Of a stretch of 64,000 nt of DNA, positions 7,553 to 17,739 are shown piece by piece. The stretch is from Spirochaetota bacterium. GTDB lineage: Bacteria; Spirochaetota; UBA4802; UBA5368. The first letter of the stretch is position 1, and the number at the start of each line of letters is the position of its first letter. The notes beneath the pieces are model-generated. The model was not told where the DNA came from, did not search any database, and was given only the letters and a program-made list of their open reading frames with translations. The stretch is taken from contig SCSX01000036.1 in assembly GCA_004297825.1 (NCBI GenBank), forward strand, positions 172,680 through 236,679. Reading direction: 5' to 3'. The position numbers were made by a program, and so were the translations under genes.

Positions 7553-10255
7553 TCACGCCTTCTCGTCCAGCACCTCGCGAATCTTCCTCGCGAACGCCTC
7601 CGGGGCGTACGGCTTGCCGATAAAGTGCAGCCCTTCCTCGAAGATGCCGTGACGCAGGATCACGTCGTCCGTGTAACCGGAGCTGAAAAGGACTTTAATT
7701 CCCGGACGGATATTCGCGATCCGCCTGGCAAGGACCCTGCCGTTCATTCCCGGCAGAACAACATCGGTGACCAGGAGATCGATTTTTGTTTCCGTCCGCT
7801 TCGCGGCCTCGAGCGCGCTCTCCGCATCGGGGTAATGAAGCACCGTGTAACCGAACCTGCGCAGGACCTTGATGGTGAAGTCCCGTACCACGGGCTCGTC
7901 CTCGACCAGCATCACCGTCTCGGTGCCGGTCGCAGGGCCCATCGCCGCCCTGTGCACGGCGCCCGCCGCGGCCGCCCCCGCGGCAGCGGGAAGGAATATC
8001 GTCACCGTCGTCCCCTTCCCCGGTTCCGATTCGATCTCGATCGATCCCTTGTTCTGCTTCACCGATCCGTACACCGTGGCAAGGCCCAGCCCCGTCCCCT
8101 TGCCGCGGCCCTTCGTCGTGTAAAAAGGCTCGAAGAGGTGCTCCAGCGTTTCGGCGGACATGCCGCATCCGCTGTCGCGTACCGTAAGCTTCAGATACGG
8201 ACCGGGGGCGACCTCGGCATGGGAGGCGCAGTACGCGTCGTCCAGGTCGGCATGGGCGGTCTCGATGGTGAGCGCGCCCCCGTCCTGCATCGCGTCCCGG
8301 GAATTTACGACCAGGTTGATGATGATCTGCTCAAACTGCCCCGGGTCGATCCGGACGATCCCGATATCGTCCCGGAGGTTTGTCGTGAGCGTGATGTCTT
8401 CCCCGATGATCCGCTTGAGCATTCTCTGCATCTCGCCCAGCGCGCGATTGATGTCGAGCATCTGCGGCTCGATGATCTGCTTCCTGCTGAAGGCGAGGAG
8501 CTGTTTCGTAAGCGAGGCCGCGCTCACGGAGGCCTTGTGTATCTCCGTCAGGGTGGCGTGGAGCGGATCGTTGGGCGAGAGGTCCAGCAGGGCGAGCGAG
8601 GAATTTCCCATTATGGCCGTTAATAAATTGTTGAAATCGTGCGCGATCCCGCCGGTAAGCCGTCCTATGGAATCCATCTTCTGGGCCTGCCGAAGCTCGT
8701 CCTGGAGCCGCTGCTTCTCCTCCTCCGCGATTTTCTGCTCCGTCACATCGCTGCACACGACGAGGACGGAGATCACCCCGTCGGGACTATGCACTGCGCG
8801 GGCGACCTCGTCCACCCACAGGATGCTCCCGTTCTTCCTGATCTTACGGAACTGCCAGCGGAACGTTTCTCCCGGGTTTTCCAGGCAGATGCCCAGCTTC
8901 CTGACGACCTCACTTTTGTCCGGCTCGTAAAACACCTGCAGCACCGGCCTGCCGACGAGTTCCTCGATGGAATACCCGAGCTGGCTCGCGCCGAAATCGT
9001 TGACCGATACTACCGTTCCCTCCGTATCAAGCGTGAAGTACATCGTGGGGTTGTCGCGGTACAGGGCCCTGTACCGCTCCTCGCTTGCGCGCAGGGCTTC
9101 CTCGGCACGTTTACGCTCCGTGATGTCGCGGATCGATTCGATCGATCCTATTATCGCGCCCTCACCGTCGAAGAGCCGCGATGCAGCGATGAAAATGTAT
9201 GCCCCCCGATTCCCGTACAGCGACGGCACGAACACCTCCGCGTAGATGACGTTCCCGTTCCGCCTGACGTAATCGTACCGGGCGACGAGCGCGGGATCGT
9301 CGTTGTCCAGGAGGTCCATGATGTAGGAGCGCGGCCGGCCGTAGAAGGGAACGGCGCTGTAGTGGTGGTCCATGCCCAGGATGTCCTTTTTCTCGACGCC
9401 CGTCATCACCTCGATCGCGCGGTTCCACGCAATGATCTTTTTTTCGGCGTCGATGATGAACGTCGCGTCCGGAAGGAACTCGATTATATCGGACAGCTGT
9501 CTGTTGGCGTTTCTAAGCTTCTCCTCGGCGCGGGCGCGTTCGGTGATATCCCGGACGAGCACCAGCACCTTATCGTCGTCCATGGCGATCATCCTTGCCG
9601 ACCAGATCTCGGAGTCCTCGGCCATGGAAAGAAAATATTCGAATTCGGTGACTGCTTTTGTCTTGAGGGCGCTCTCTATTTTTTCGAGGACCAGCGCACG
9701 CTGGTCCGGCATGAAGGCCATGTCGCGGATGTTTTTTCCGAGTATCTCGGACGGGGGGAACAGCAGTTCCTCGCTCTTCTCGGCCTTGAAGTCGAGAAAT
9801 ACCCCGTCCCGCGAGAGCACAAACATGAGGTCCGGCATCGCCGCGATGAGGGACCGGTTCCACCGCTCGCTTTCGTGGAGCGACCGTTCCATCAGCTTCC
9901 GTCCGCTGATATCACGGCAGAGCGAAAGGATGCGCAGTTCCCCGCCCTTCCCGTACACGGTCGCGTTGATCTCGACGGTCGTGACGGCGCCGCCGGGTCC
10001 GGCGTAGTCTATTTCAAGATCCCTGATGCGCCCCTGCTCCAGGCATACCTTGACGGCCAGGGCGTTCCGTTCCCTGTCGTACGGCGCCGTCCATTCAATG
10101 ACGCTCCTGTTCATGATATCGGCCAGCGATTCATGGCCGGTCAGCCGCACGTATTGGCTGTTCGCATCCACGACCGTTCCATCGCCTTTCAGGATGACGA
10201 ACCCGGTATCCGTCGTTTCGACGAGTTCCCTGTATTTTTGCTCAATTTCATTCAT
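7553..10255 (-). CDS. Hybrid sensor histidine kinase with four PAS domains and C-terminal receiver
   Basis: Repeated PAS/PAC units (RDITER), H-box GIAHDFNNLLT, GKGTGLGLA, receiver LVED/DVVLP; start placed at MNEIEQK. Confidence 0.93.
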   Translation of the reverse strand: MNEIEQKYRELVETTDTGFVILKGDGTVVDANSQYVRLTGHESLADIMNRSVIEWTAPYDRERNALAVKVCLEQGRIRDLEIDYAGPGGAVTTVEINATVYGKGGELRILSLCRDISGRKLMERSLHESERWNRSLIAAMPDLMFVLSRDGVFLDFKAEKSEELLFPPSEILGKNIRDMAFMPDQRALVLEKIESALKTKAVTEFEYFLSMAEDSEIWSARMIAMDDDKVLVLVRDITERARAEEKLRNANRQLSDIIEFLPDATFIIDAEKKIIAWNRAIEVMTGVEKKDILGMDHHYSAVPFYGRPRSYIMDLLDNDDPALVARYDYVRRNGNVIYAEVFVPSLYGNRGAYIFIAASRLFDGEGAIIGSIESIRDITERKRAEEALRASEERYRALYRDNPTMYFTLDTEGTVVSVNDFGASQLGYSIEELVGRPVLQVFYEPDKSEVVRKLGICLENPGETFRWQFRKIRKNGSILWVDEVARAVHSPDGVISVLVVCSDVTEQKIAEEEKQRLQDELRQAQKMDSIGRLTGGIAHDFNNLLTAIMGNSSLALLDLSPNDPLHATLTEIHKASVSAASLTKQLLAFSRKQIIEPQMLDINRALGEMQRMLKRIIGEDITLTTNLRDDIGIVRIDPGQFEQIIINLVVNSRDAMQDGGALTIETAHADLDDAYCASHAEVAPGPYLKLTVRDSGCGMSAETLEHLFEPFYTTKGRGKGTGLGLATVYGSVKQNKGSIEIESEPGKGTTVTIFLPAAAGAAAAGAVHRAAMGPATGTETVMLVEDEPVVRDFTIKVLRRFGYTVLHYPDAESALEAAKRTETKIDLLVTDVVLPGMNGRVLARRIANIRPGIKVLFSSGYTDDVILRHGIFEEGLHFIGKPYAPEAFARKIREVLDEKA

Positions 10256-10853
10256 CGCCGTGCACGCACCCGTCTCGTATTTTCCGCCCCGCGGGAGGCG
10301 GGTTTCCGGTTCAAGGGGAATTTCCCTGGGATATTTGAAAACCCGGTCCCACGTCCCGGGTAATTCGCAATGGTCGAAGGTGCTCATCAAACTACAAGCA
10401 AAAATGAACCAATAATAACCTGTTTTTGCAGGTTTTTCGAGCGCGAATCTCCATCCCGTCCCCATTCGGGATGATCGGGCTCCCGCGCACCTTCGCCCGG
10501 CTTTCATATTAAGGACCGGTTCGTCGAATTTCAGGAACGCGAATCGGCGCAAAAACTATTTGAATTCATCGGGGGGATATGCTACTTTTACCTACGCGGT
10601 TGATGCTCATTTCCCGGTACGGTTCGCGTATCCGCGCCGCGCATCAAGAGAAGCATGTGGCGCCTTGGGCGCCCATGAAAGCGGCGCGACCGGTACGAAG
10701 CCGGGGAATGACGGACCATATATACAGATATGCCTGCCCGTGCCGAAAATCCATTCGCGGGTGCACCAGGAAGCGGGCGCAAATTCTCATCGTTTCGAAA
10801 AATAGCGGACGCGTGCGCCGTAAGCGCCGCGGACAGGAGCGGAGTCGTACGCC

Positions 10854-11960
10854 ATGGGCAATGATGTAAGAAAAATGTTTCTCGAGGTCGTGGTGAATTC
10901 CCTGGACACCCGGCAGGTCGATTTCCTGGGCGAATCGATGAATTCGCGGTTCAGCCTCAAGCGCCTTTCGGGTTTCGGGGAAAGCGTCCCCGTGCCCCGG
11001 CAGACGGCGGCCCAGGTGCTCCTGGATAATTTCCCCGACGAAAACGACATCGTCAAGATGTTCTCGTTCATGCTCGCGCACGAGGGCGAGCGGTTCTATA
11101 ACAGGACCCTCCTCATCTGGGGGAAGGAGGAATTCATCGCCCTGCTCCGGAAGCATAAGTGGATCTTCGACCGCGAGCTGATTCACTTCCTGCGCGACCC
11201 CTTCTACGAGCACGAGATCAATTTCCTGAAAAAGGTGCGCCTCCTGGACCTGCGCGATGAGTTCCCCTTCGACGATATCATCGCCGATATTTCGCGCGTC
11301 AGCACGCGGATGGGAATCCGGGATCTCGAATGGCGGATATCCCTGAGGCTCTACGATATCCTTCCGAAGATCGGCGAGCTGGTAAAAAAAATAATCGAGC
11401 TTCTCCTCACGCGCCAGAACCTCCAGGAATTTCACGGGGAAATTTTCATCTGCCTCAGGGAGCTCGCGACCAACGCGAGCAAGGCGAACTACAAGCTGCT
11501 GTTCGAGAAGTACTTCACGTCGCCCGCGGGGATCACCGCGGAGACCGACTACCCCGAATTCCTGCGCCTGTTCAAGGATGAACTGGGCGAGCACGGGTCT
11601 TCCCGGCTGATCGAGTACGCCCGGAAGGACGACATGTTCTTCACCATCACCTTCCAGTCGACCATGGAGTCCATCGAGGTGTGGGTGACGAACAACCAGA
11701 ATATCACGGTGCTGGAGAAGCAGCAGCTCATGAAAAAAATCGGCATGCGGTACTCGTGGGAGGCCAGCTTCGCCGAAGACAGCGACGAGTTCGTAGAGGG
11801 GGCGGGCCTGGGGCTGATGCTCATACAGAAAATCCTGGGAAATTTTTCGCAAGGCGAGCAGCTTCTCTCGGTCGTGTTCTATCCCGATACGATGAAGATA
11901 GGTTTCAGCCTGGCACGGGCCGATCTCCAGAAAAAGTCGAAGGCCAAAAAAGAAGCCTGA
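10854..11960 (+). CDS. Hypothetical protein with C-terminal HATPase (GHKL, anti-sigma-kinase-like) domain
   Basis: ELATNASKAN N-box and GAGLGLMLI G-box; no H-box seen. Confidence 0.75.
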   Translation: MGNDVRKMFLEVVVNSLDTRQVDFLGESMNSRFSLKRLSGFGESVPVPRQTAAQVLLDNFPDENDIVKMFSFMLAHEGERFYNRTLLIWGKEEFIALLRKHKWIFDRELIHFLRDPFYEHEINFLKKVRLLDLRDEFPFDDIIADISRVSTRMGIRDLEWRISLRLYDILPKIGELVKKIIELLLTRQNLQEFHGEIFICLRELATNASKANYKLLFEKYFTSPAGITAETDYPEFLRLFKDELGEHGSSRLIEYARKDDMFFTITFQSTMESIEVWVTNNQNITVLEKQQLMKKIGMRYSWEASFAEDSDEFVEGAGLGLMLIQKILGNFSQGEQLLSVVFYPDTMKIGFSLARADLQKKSKAKKEA

Positions 11961-12049
11961 TCCAGGCGCCGATACGCCCTGCCCGGAACCCCCGGCATTC
12001 CCCGGCACCGGTCAGCCCGGGGAATCGTGCTGCCGGTCGCGCGGCGTCC

Positions 12050-12511
12050 CTAAAAAGAAAACATCCCGCCGCTTATCGACACAGTACCGGTTCCTGCCCC
12101 ATCCTCGGGAATGTTATCGCAGGCGAAGGTTGCCATGGAATCGCTCGTGAACATGATCGTGCAGTTCAATGTGGTCCCGTCCGAGGTATAGGTCACACCC
12201 GAAGAGTAGGTGAAGACCATGGTGCCGTCCGTTCCGTTGAGATTGTAGGTTCCGGGCACCGTGTAGTTGTTCAAGTCCAGAGATACGCTGGGATAGCCTC
12301 CCCCATAACCGTAAGCGCCGCTGCACGTAAAATTGTCCGGGGCGCCCATCATCATGCTGGGATTTCCCGAGTACATGGCGCTGTAGTCACCGGATACCGT
12401 GTAATCGCATGTCGATGAACCGTAACCGCTGCTGTCATAGCCCGCGCAGGAAACGAACAAGGCAATGGAGGCTGCCGTGACTGCGACAATTAATGTGCGT
12501 ACTTTCATCAT
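12050..12511 (-). CDS. Putative lipoprotein, Ser/Gly/Thr/Tyr-rich
   Basis: Signal peptide ending LFVSC; AGGAG RBS upstream. Confidence 0.7.
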   Translation of the reverse strand: MMKVRTLIVAVTAASIALFVSCAGYDSSGYGSSTCDYTVSGDYSAMYSGNPSMMMGAPDNFTCSGAYGYGGGYPSVSLDLNNYTVPGTYNLNGTDGTMVFTYSSGVTYTSDGTTLNCTIMFTSDSMATFACDNIPEDGAGTGTVSISGGMFSF

Positions 12512-12774
12512 CTCCTCCTGGCATATTGGAGTCGAATAATATAGATGAAAGCGAGGCGCGAATCAAGCCGCGGGGTCGATTCGATGACGGTGGGACGATA
12601 CTTTGCGGCCATATTCGGCCAATCTTCTTGCACAGAAGCAGTACAAGAGTGTTAATATTATTTCGCCCCGGGAGTTCTGGACAATCGTAAAGGGAATGGA
12701 TTGATAAAGGAGTGTCTGGCTAAAGCGACGCTGGCGCGTCTCCCGCCATGGCCGTGATTCATATCAAATTTATA

Positions 12775-13527
12775 TCAATGCAAAAACCCGCCCGTCTCTA
12801 AAAACGCCAGCACATTGTCGATAACGCGTCTGTTCAGCAGCAGCAGCGAGTGCTGTCCCTTCACCTGGATGAAATCCTTCATGCCCTCCAGGCGCGTTTC
12901 CTCGACCGAGATGGTCCCGTCGTCGTCGCCGTCAATGAGGGGATTGAGCCCTGTGCTGTTTCCCAGCCCTCCCGCGATCACGCCGAACTCGCAGCGGGGG
13001 GCGGGCAGCGTGCTCACGAGCGAGCGGGGCGCCTGGGCCACCTCGCCGCCGGCGCGCCCGAAGAGCCAGCGGAAGCCGGGCAGCTGCATGAGGCGTCCCG
13101 CGAACGATGAGCCGCGGTTGGGCGGTGCGATCATCACGAAGCGCGCGGGGGTTATGGCCCGGTAATGGGCCAGGTAGTAGCGCACCACGATCGCGCCCAT
13201 GCTGTGGGTCACGAAATGAATCGTGGCGCCCTGCGGGAGCTTCGCCATCTCCCGGCCCAGGAGATCGGCGCTGTCCATGATGGATTCCTTCGTGCTGGGA
13301 TAGCCGAAGTTCAGGACGCGGTACCCGCACGCGAGGAGTGCGTTTTCGAGCTTCTCCATGGACGCGGGGCCGCGCATGATGCCGTGCAGGAGCACGACCC
13401 ACTCGCCGTCGTGGGACTTCGTGCAATCGTATGTGGGTTCCCCTTCAAACATAAGCGCAGTTATCAATACGGCTGCCGTGACAAGTATGCAGCCCAGGAT
13501 GACCAACAGGATAATTTTAGCGCGCAT
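12775..13527 (-). CDS. Alpha/beta hydrolase (lipase/esterase-like)
   Basis: VLLHG, THSMG nucleophile elbow, DDGTI, GQHS; N-terminal TM. Confidence 0.88.
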   Translation of the reverse strand: MRAKIILLVILGCILVTAAVLITALMFEGEPTYDCTKSHDGEWVVLLHGIMRGPASMEKLENALLACGYRVLNFGYPSTKESIMDSADLLGREMAKLPQGATIHFVTHSMGAIVVRYYLAHYRAITPARFVMIAPPNRGSSFAGRLMQLPGFRWLFGRAGGEVAQAPRSLVSTLPAPRCEFGVIAGGLGNSTGLNPLIDGDDDGTISVEETRLEGMKDFIQVKGQHSLLLLNRRVIDNVLAFLETGGFLH

Positions 13528-13581
13528 CTTTATGGGCGCGGTGCATTGTATCGGGCGCGTTACCCGGCGCGGGCGGCCGCA

Positions 13582-15099
13582 TCAGTCTCCAATGAGCGTT
13601 TTGAGCGAGTTAGCGTAGTACTCGACGAGCGGCCGGTTCGCGGCGACGATTTTCACGACGCCGCGCCTCACGGTCACGAGCTTCCTGCGCTTTAGTATCT
13701 CGAGCGCGGTTTCCACGGTCTGGGCGGCCTCGTCGCCGGCGATCAGGTCCTCCTCGAAGGAGACGAGCTCCCTGGTGCGGCCGGGCTTCTCGCGCTCAAG
13801 GCTCTGTGAGAGCGCCTGCGTGGTCTCGAATGCCTTGCCGAGCACCACGCGGCCGTTTTTCCGCTTGATGATTTTCCTGAGCTTCTCGACGCGTCCCACG
13901 AGTTCGTCCTTTCCCATCCCGTCCGCCTCGCCGGAGAGGAGCGCCCGTGCGGTGATGCACACGGGCGTGACCGGGATGGTGCGCGCGATACCGGTGAGGA
14001 GAGAATCGGCGAACGCCTGGATCTTTGAAAGACGCTTTTTCCGCGCGAGCCTGAAGATGTCGGTTTTCTGGGCGCGCAGGAACTTCGAGAGAAAGACCGG
14101 CTCCCCGAAGCTCACGCTCGCGTAGCCGTGGCGCCGGAGCCTCCCGGTGAAGTAGCGCACGGCGTTCACCGTCGCGAGGAGCGGACCCTTGAGCGCGATG
14201 CGCGCGAGGGAGGCGGAGTTCTGGAGAAAGCCGCTTTTTTCGCGGCCCTTTTTCCACTCGGCGACCAGCACCTTGTCTTCGAGGACGTGGTCGTAATTGA
14301 TCGCGGCGGGGATGAACACGAGCTCGCGCCGGAACTTGGGATTGCGCTTGATGCCTATGATGTAGTCCAGGATGCCTATCTTCGCGGGACGCAAGCCCCC
14401 GTCGCGCGAGAGACCGCCCTCGATGAAGATGCCCTGGGTCACGCCCTGGAGGCTGATAAGCTGGATGTATTTTTCGAGCACCCTGTGGTAGAGCCCCTCG
14501 CGGTATCTGCGGCGGATGAAATACGCGCCGAACGACTTGAAGATGTACTCGAGCGGCCACACGCGCGCCCATTCGCCCACGGCGTAGGAGAGCGATATCT
14601 GGCGCGCGAGCATGTAGGCGACCAGGATGTAATCGATGTTGGAGCGGTGGTTCATGATGAAGACCACCACGCTGTCCTTGGGAATCTTCTCGAGCTTCGC
14701 GGCGTTTTCCCGGTCGATCACCACCTCGTAGATTAGGTTCAGAAGGGAGTTTGCGATCCAGTACCCGATCTTATAATAGGAGAGCAGGTTGAAAAAGGGA
14801 ACGATCTCCTCGATGTAGTCCCCGACCTGTTTCTGCACGTCCCGTATCTTGAGCCCCTTTTCGCGGGCGTGGTCGATGATCGCCTCGTGGATGTCGTGAT
14901 CGTTCAGGAGGTCCTGCTTCACCGCGATCTTGTGCATGAACTTGTTGCGGTCAAGCCTCGTCCGGTTCTGGTCCATGTACGCGCTCACGGACCGGTAGAG
15001 CCTTCCGCGCAGGCGCGAAAGGGCGAAGGCGCGCAGCGCCTCGTACGCGACAACGGCGCCCAGGGCGTAGAGCAAATAGTGGAGGATGTCCGATATCAT
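13582..15099 (-). CDS. Glycerol-3-phosphate/lysophospholipid acyltransferase (PlsB-like)
   Basis: NHRSNIDY (HX4D), GAYFIRR, FIEGGLSRDG acyltransferase blocks. Confidence 0.88.
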   Translation of the reverse strand: MISDILHYLLYALGAVVAYEALRAFALSRLRGRLYRSVSAYMDQNRTRLDRNKFMHKIAVKQDLLNDHDIHEAIIDHAREKGLKIRDVQKQVGDYIEEIVPFFNLLSYYKIGYWIANSLLNLIYEVVIDRENAAKLEKIPKDSVVVFIMNHRSNIDYILVAYMLARQISLSYAVGEWARVWPLEYIFKSFGAYFIRRRYREGLYHRVLEKYIQLISLQGVTQGIFIEGGLSRDGGLRPAKIGILDYIIGIKRNPKFRRELVFIPAAINYDHVLEDKVLVAEWKKGREKSGFLQNSASLARIALKGPLLATVNAVRYFTGRLRRHGYASVSFGEPVFLSKFLRAQKTDIFRLARKKRLSKIQAFADSLLTGIARTIPVTPVCITARALLSGEADGMGKDELVGRVEKLRKIIKRKNGRVVLGKAFETTQALSQSLEREKPGRTRELVSFEEDLIAGDEAAQTVETALEILKRRKLVTVRRGVVKIVAANRPLVEYYANSLKTLIGD

Positions 15100-15300
15100 C
15101 GTCTTGAATCCCGTTGCGCGGGGCGTTTAAAAGTTAACCGGGGAGATGAATTAATTCAATAAAAATACGAACGAGGCGAGTAATAATTATCCGCCGATAC
15201 GCTCCCGGGCCCCCGATATCTGCTTGACGCGGCCCGAAGCCTCATGTAACAGCACTTGAACCGGGACGCGCGCCCCGCGCGCGCTATACTGGTATTCCCG

Positions 15301-15666
15301 ATGAAGAACGCGATCCTGAAAGACCACTTCCTCCGCCCGCGCGGTATGGGAGCCGCGCCGGACGCCACGCACCGCGCGGTGGCGAAAAGCGAGGTGTGCA
15401 ACGACATCGTGCGGATGACGGCGCGGATCGAAGACGGCATCCTCGCGGAGGTGCGCACCGAGGTGTACGGGTGCGGCTACGCGATCGCGGGCGCGTCGCT
15501 TTTTAACGAGCGCGCGCGCGGGATGAGCGCGGACGAGGCGGCGCGCCTTGACCCGGCCGGGATCGCCGGCGGGGAAGGCGCGATCCCCGGCCATCACGAA
15601 CACTGCGTGGGGCTTGCCCATCGCGCCTACCTTAAAATCCACGCCGATTACCGGGAGGGAAAATAA
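15301..15666 (+). CDS. IscU/NifU-N-like Fe-S scaffold protein
   Basis: DHF..PR, three conserved Cys (VCND, YGCG, EHC); stop overlaps the fdhD start. Confidence 0.8.
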   Translation: MKNAILKDHFLRPRGMGAAPDATHRAVAKSEVCNDIVRMTARIEDGILAEVRTEVYGCGYAIAGASLFNERARGMSADEAARLDPAGIAGGEGAIPGHHEHCVGLAHRAYLKIHADYREGK

Positions 15667-16448
15667 TGGCGCTCCCCCAGGTGAGGCTGATACAGGCGGC
15701 CGAGTACCGGAACGGGCTCATTTCCCCCGCGGAGATCCCCGTGAGCGCCGAGTACGCGGTCACGCTTTCGGTCAACGGAAACCCGTTTGTGTCCATCGCG
15801 TGCTCGGGCTCCGATTTCCGCGAGCTCGCCATGGGCCACCTCCTCGCCGAGGGCGTGATACTCTCCGCCGGCGACGTGGTCTCGCTCGAGATCGACGAGG
15901 GGGCGCTCGCGGTGAACGCGGTCACCGTCCAGTCCGACGAAATGATCGACCGGCTCTTCCGCATACGCTCCATCGCCTCAGGATGCGGCCAGGCGTCCAC
16001 CGGGGACGGGGGCGATGGGCTCGCGCCGATACCCTCCGTTCCGCGCATGAAGGCCGCGCTTCTCACCGAATGCATGGGGACGTTTTTAAAGCTCTCCGAG
16101 GCGCACACGCTCACCCACGGCGTCCACAGCGCCGCGCTCTACTCGGCGGAGGGGGAGCGGATGTTCTTCTTCGACGAGATCGGCAGGCACAACGCCGTGG
16201 ACAAGGTGCTGGGGCGCGCGCTCCTGGAGCGCGTCCAGATCTCCCGGTGCATGCTCCTTTCCACGGGAAGGCTCTCCAGCGAGATCGTGTACAAGGCCGT
16301 GAGGGCCGCGCTCCCCGTCCTCGTGTCGCGCGCCGCGCCCACCACGCGCGCCGTCGAGCTCGCGCGGCGCTACAACGTCATGCTCGTAGGTGGGGTGCGC
16401 TCGTCCTCGTTCAACGTGTTCAGCGCCGTGGATTCGGTGGAATGCTGA
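15666..16448 (+). CDS. fdhD: Formate dehydrogenase accessory sulfurtransferase FdhD
   Basis: ASGCG, THGVHSAAL, DEIGRHNAVDKVLG, TGRLSSEIV, AAPT motifs. Confidence 0.9.
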   Translation: MALPQVRLIQAAEYRNGLISPAEIPVSAEYAVTLSVNGNPFVSIACSGSDFRELAMGHLLAEGVILSAGDVVSLEIDEGALAVNAVTVQSDEMIDRLFRIRSIASGCGQASTGDGGDGLAPIPSVPRMKAALLTECMGTFLKLSEAHTLTHGVHSAALYSAEGERMFFFDEIGRHNAVDKVLGRALLERVQISRCMLLSTGRLSSEIVYKAVRAALPVLVSRAAPTTRAVELARRYNVMLVGGVRSSSFNVFSAVDSVEC

Positions 16449-17152
16449 TCCTGCGCGACCTCGAGCGGGGCGAGGAGACCGTGTGCGCGTACCTGCCGGA
16501 CCGGCTGAGCCGGATGGAGTATTTCCTGGCGATAGACGTATCGGCGCACGAGCTCGAGTATCTCCTGGCCGACGGCTGGAGGAAATTCGGGTACTGCTAT
16601 TTCCGCCCGCACTGCAACGGCTGCCGCCTGTGCATCCCGTTGCGCGTGCTCGCGACGAAGTTCCTTCCCTCGAAGGGCCAGCGGCGCGTGGCGCGAAAGA
16701 ACGCGGGGGTGCGGGTGGAGTTCGGGCCCCTGTCCTATTCGGACGAGATTTACGACATCTACGTCGAGCATACGGGGATGCGGTTTGGCGACAGGAATAC
16801 GGCGCACGACGATTTCATGTTCAATTTTTACCAGCGCTCCTGCCCCTCGTTCCAGAGCGAGTATTACGTGGACGGTCGGCTCGCGGCCGTGGGCTTCCTC
16901 GACCGCTCGAGCGAGGGCCTGAGCTCCGTGTATTTCATCTACCGGGAATCCTGCGCGCGCCTGAGCCCGGGGATTTTCAGCGTGATGCGGGAGATCGGGT
17001 TCGCGCGCGAGCTGGGGCTTTCCTACTATTATCTCGGGTACTTCGTGCCGGGATGCGGCCGGATGGAGTACAAGGGAGGCTTCACCCCCCACGAAAAATT
17101 TTCATGGGGGCAAAAAAAATGGTTCACGGTCCGGGGCAGGGCAGTACTTTAA
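16442..17152 (+). CDS. bpt: Arginyl-tRNA-protein transferase family (bacterial Bpt/ATE-like)
   Basis: CAYLPDR, GWRKFG.. FRPHCNGCRLCIPLRV, LSSVYF, YYLGYFVPGCGRMEYK; true start inside the long ORF 15548-17152. Confidence 0.88.
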   Translation: MLILRDLERGEETVCAYLPDRLSRMEYFLAIDVSAHELEYLLADGWRKFGYCYFRPHCNGCRLCIPLRVLATKFLPSKGQRRVARKNAGVRVEFGPLSYSDEIYDIYVEHTGMRFGDRNTAHDDFMFNFYQRSCPSFQSEYYVDGRLAAVGFLDRSSEGLSSVYFIYRESCARLSPGIFSVMREIGFARELGLSYYYLGYFVPGCGRMEYKGGFTPHEKFSWGQKKWFTVRGRAVL

Positions 17153-17283
17153 TACCGGGGCCGCGGCGCGCCACGGGGGCGTCGATACGCCAACGGCGCG
17201 ATCACGGGGCGGGAAGGGTATCGGCGCCCGCGCAAAAAAGGGAACGCCCACGGGCCGGACACGGCCGAAGCGGAGACAGTCAC

Positions 17284-17607
17284 ATGCCGGATAAACCACA
17301 GTACGACGAAAACCTCGACAGCGCGCTCATGACCGAGCACCGCCAGGACATCGAGGAGCCCAGGATGTACCGCGTGGTGCTGCACAACGACCACTACACC
17401 ACCATGGACTTCGTGGTGGAGGTGCTCGTAAAGGTGTTCCACAAGCCCGCCGCCGAGGCGACCCAGATCATGCTGGACGTGCACAAGAAGGGCAAGGGCG
17501 TGTGCGGCGTCTATACCTACGACATCGCGGCGACACGCGTCGACATGGTGCACCGGATGGCGAAGGAGCACGAATTCCCCCTGCGCTGCAGCATGGAGGA
17601 GGAATAA
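17284..17607 (+). CDS. clpS: ATP-dependent Clp protease adaptor ClpS
   Basis: YRVVLHNDHYTTMDFVVEVL...IMLDVHKKGKGVCGVYTYDIA...FPLRCSME. Confidence 0.95.
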   Translation: MPDKPQYDENLDSALMTEHRQDIEEPRMYRVVLHNDHYTTMDFVVEVLVKVFHKPAAEATQIMLDVHKKGKGVCGVYTYDIAATRVDMVHRMAKEHEFPLRCSMEEE

Positions 17608-17632
17608 CGCACCCCCCGCTTCCCGGCCGCGC

Positions 17633-17737
17633 CTAATGCATCGGGAACCGCACGAAGGCCCCCAGGAGCAGGACGAGGGCTATCGCGATAACATGCAGCA
17701 CGAACCACCGAACGCCGAAATACCTGAATTTTTCCAT
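17633..17737 (-). CDS. Small single-TM peptide (34 aa)
   Basis: MEKFRYFGVRWFVLHVIAIALVLLLGAFVRFPMH; starts 2 nt after the upstream stop, with a GGGGG RBS-like element. Confidence 0.5.
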   Translation of the reverse strand: MEKFRYFGVRWFVLHVIAIALVLLLGAFVRFPMH

Positions 17738-17739
17738 AA

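Noticed and set aside
10256..10552. N-terminal extensions in the ORF track (kinase; also alr, mtnP, wrbA, sodB, clpS, bpt)
   Set aside because: Family homology and RBS position support the downstream starts used in the features.
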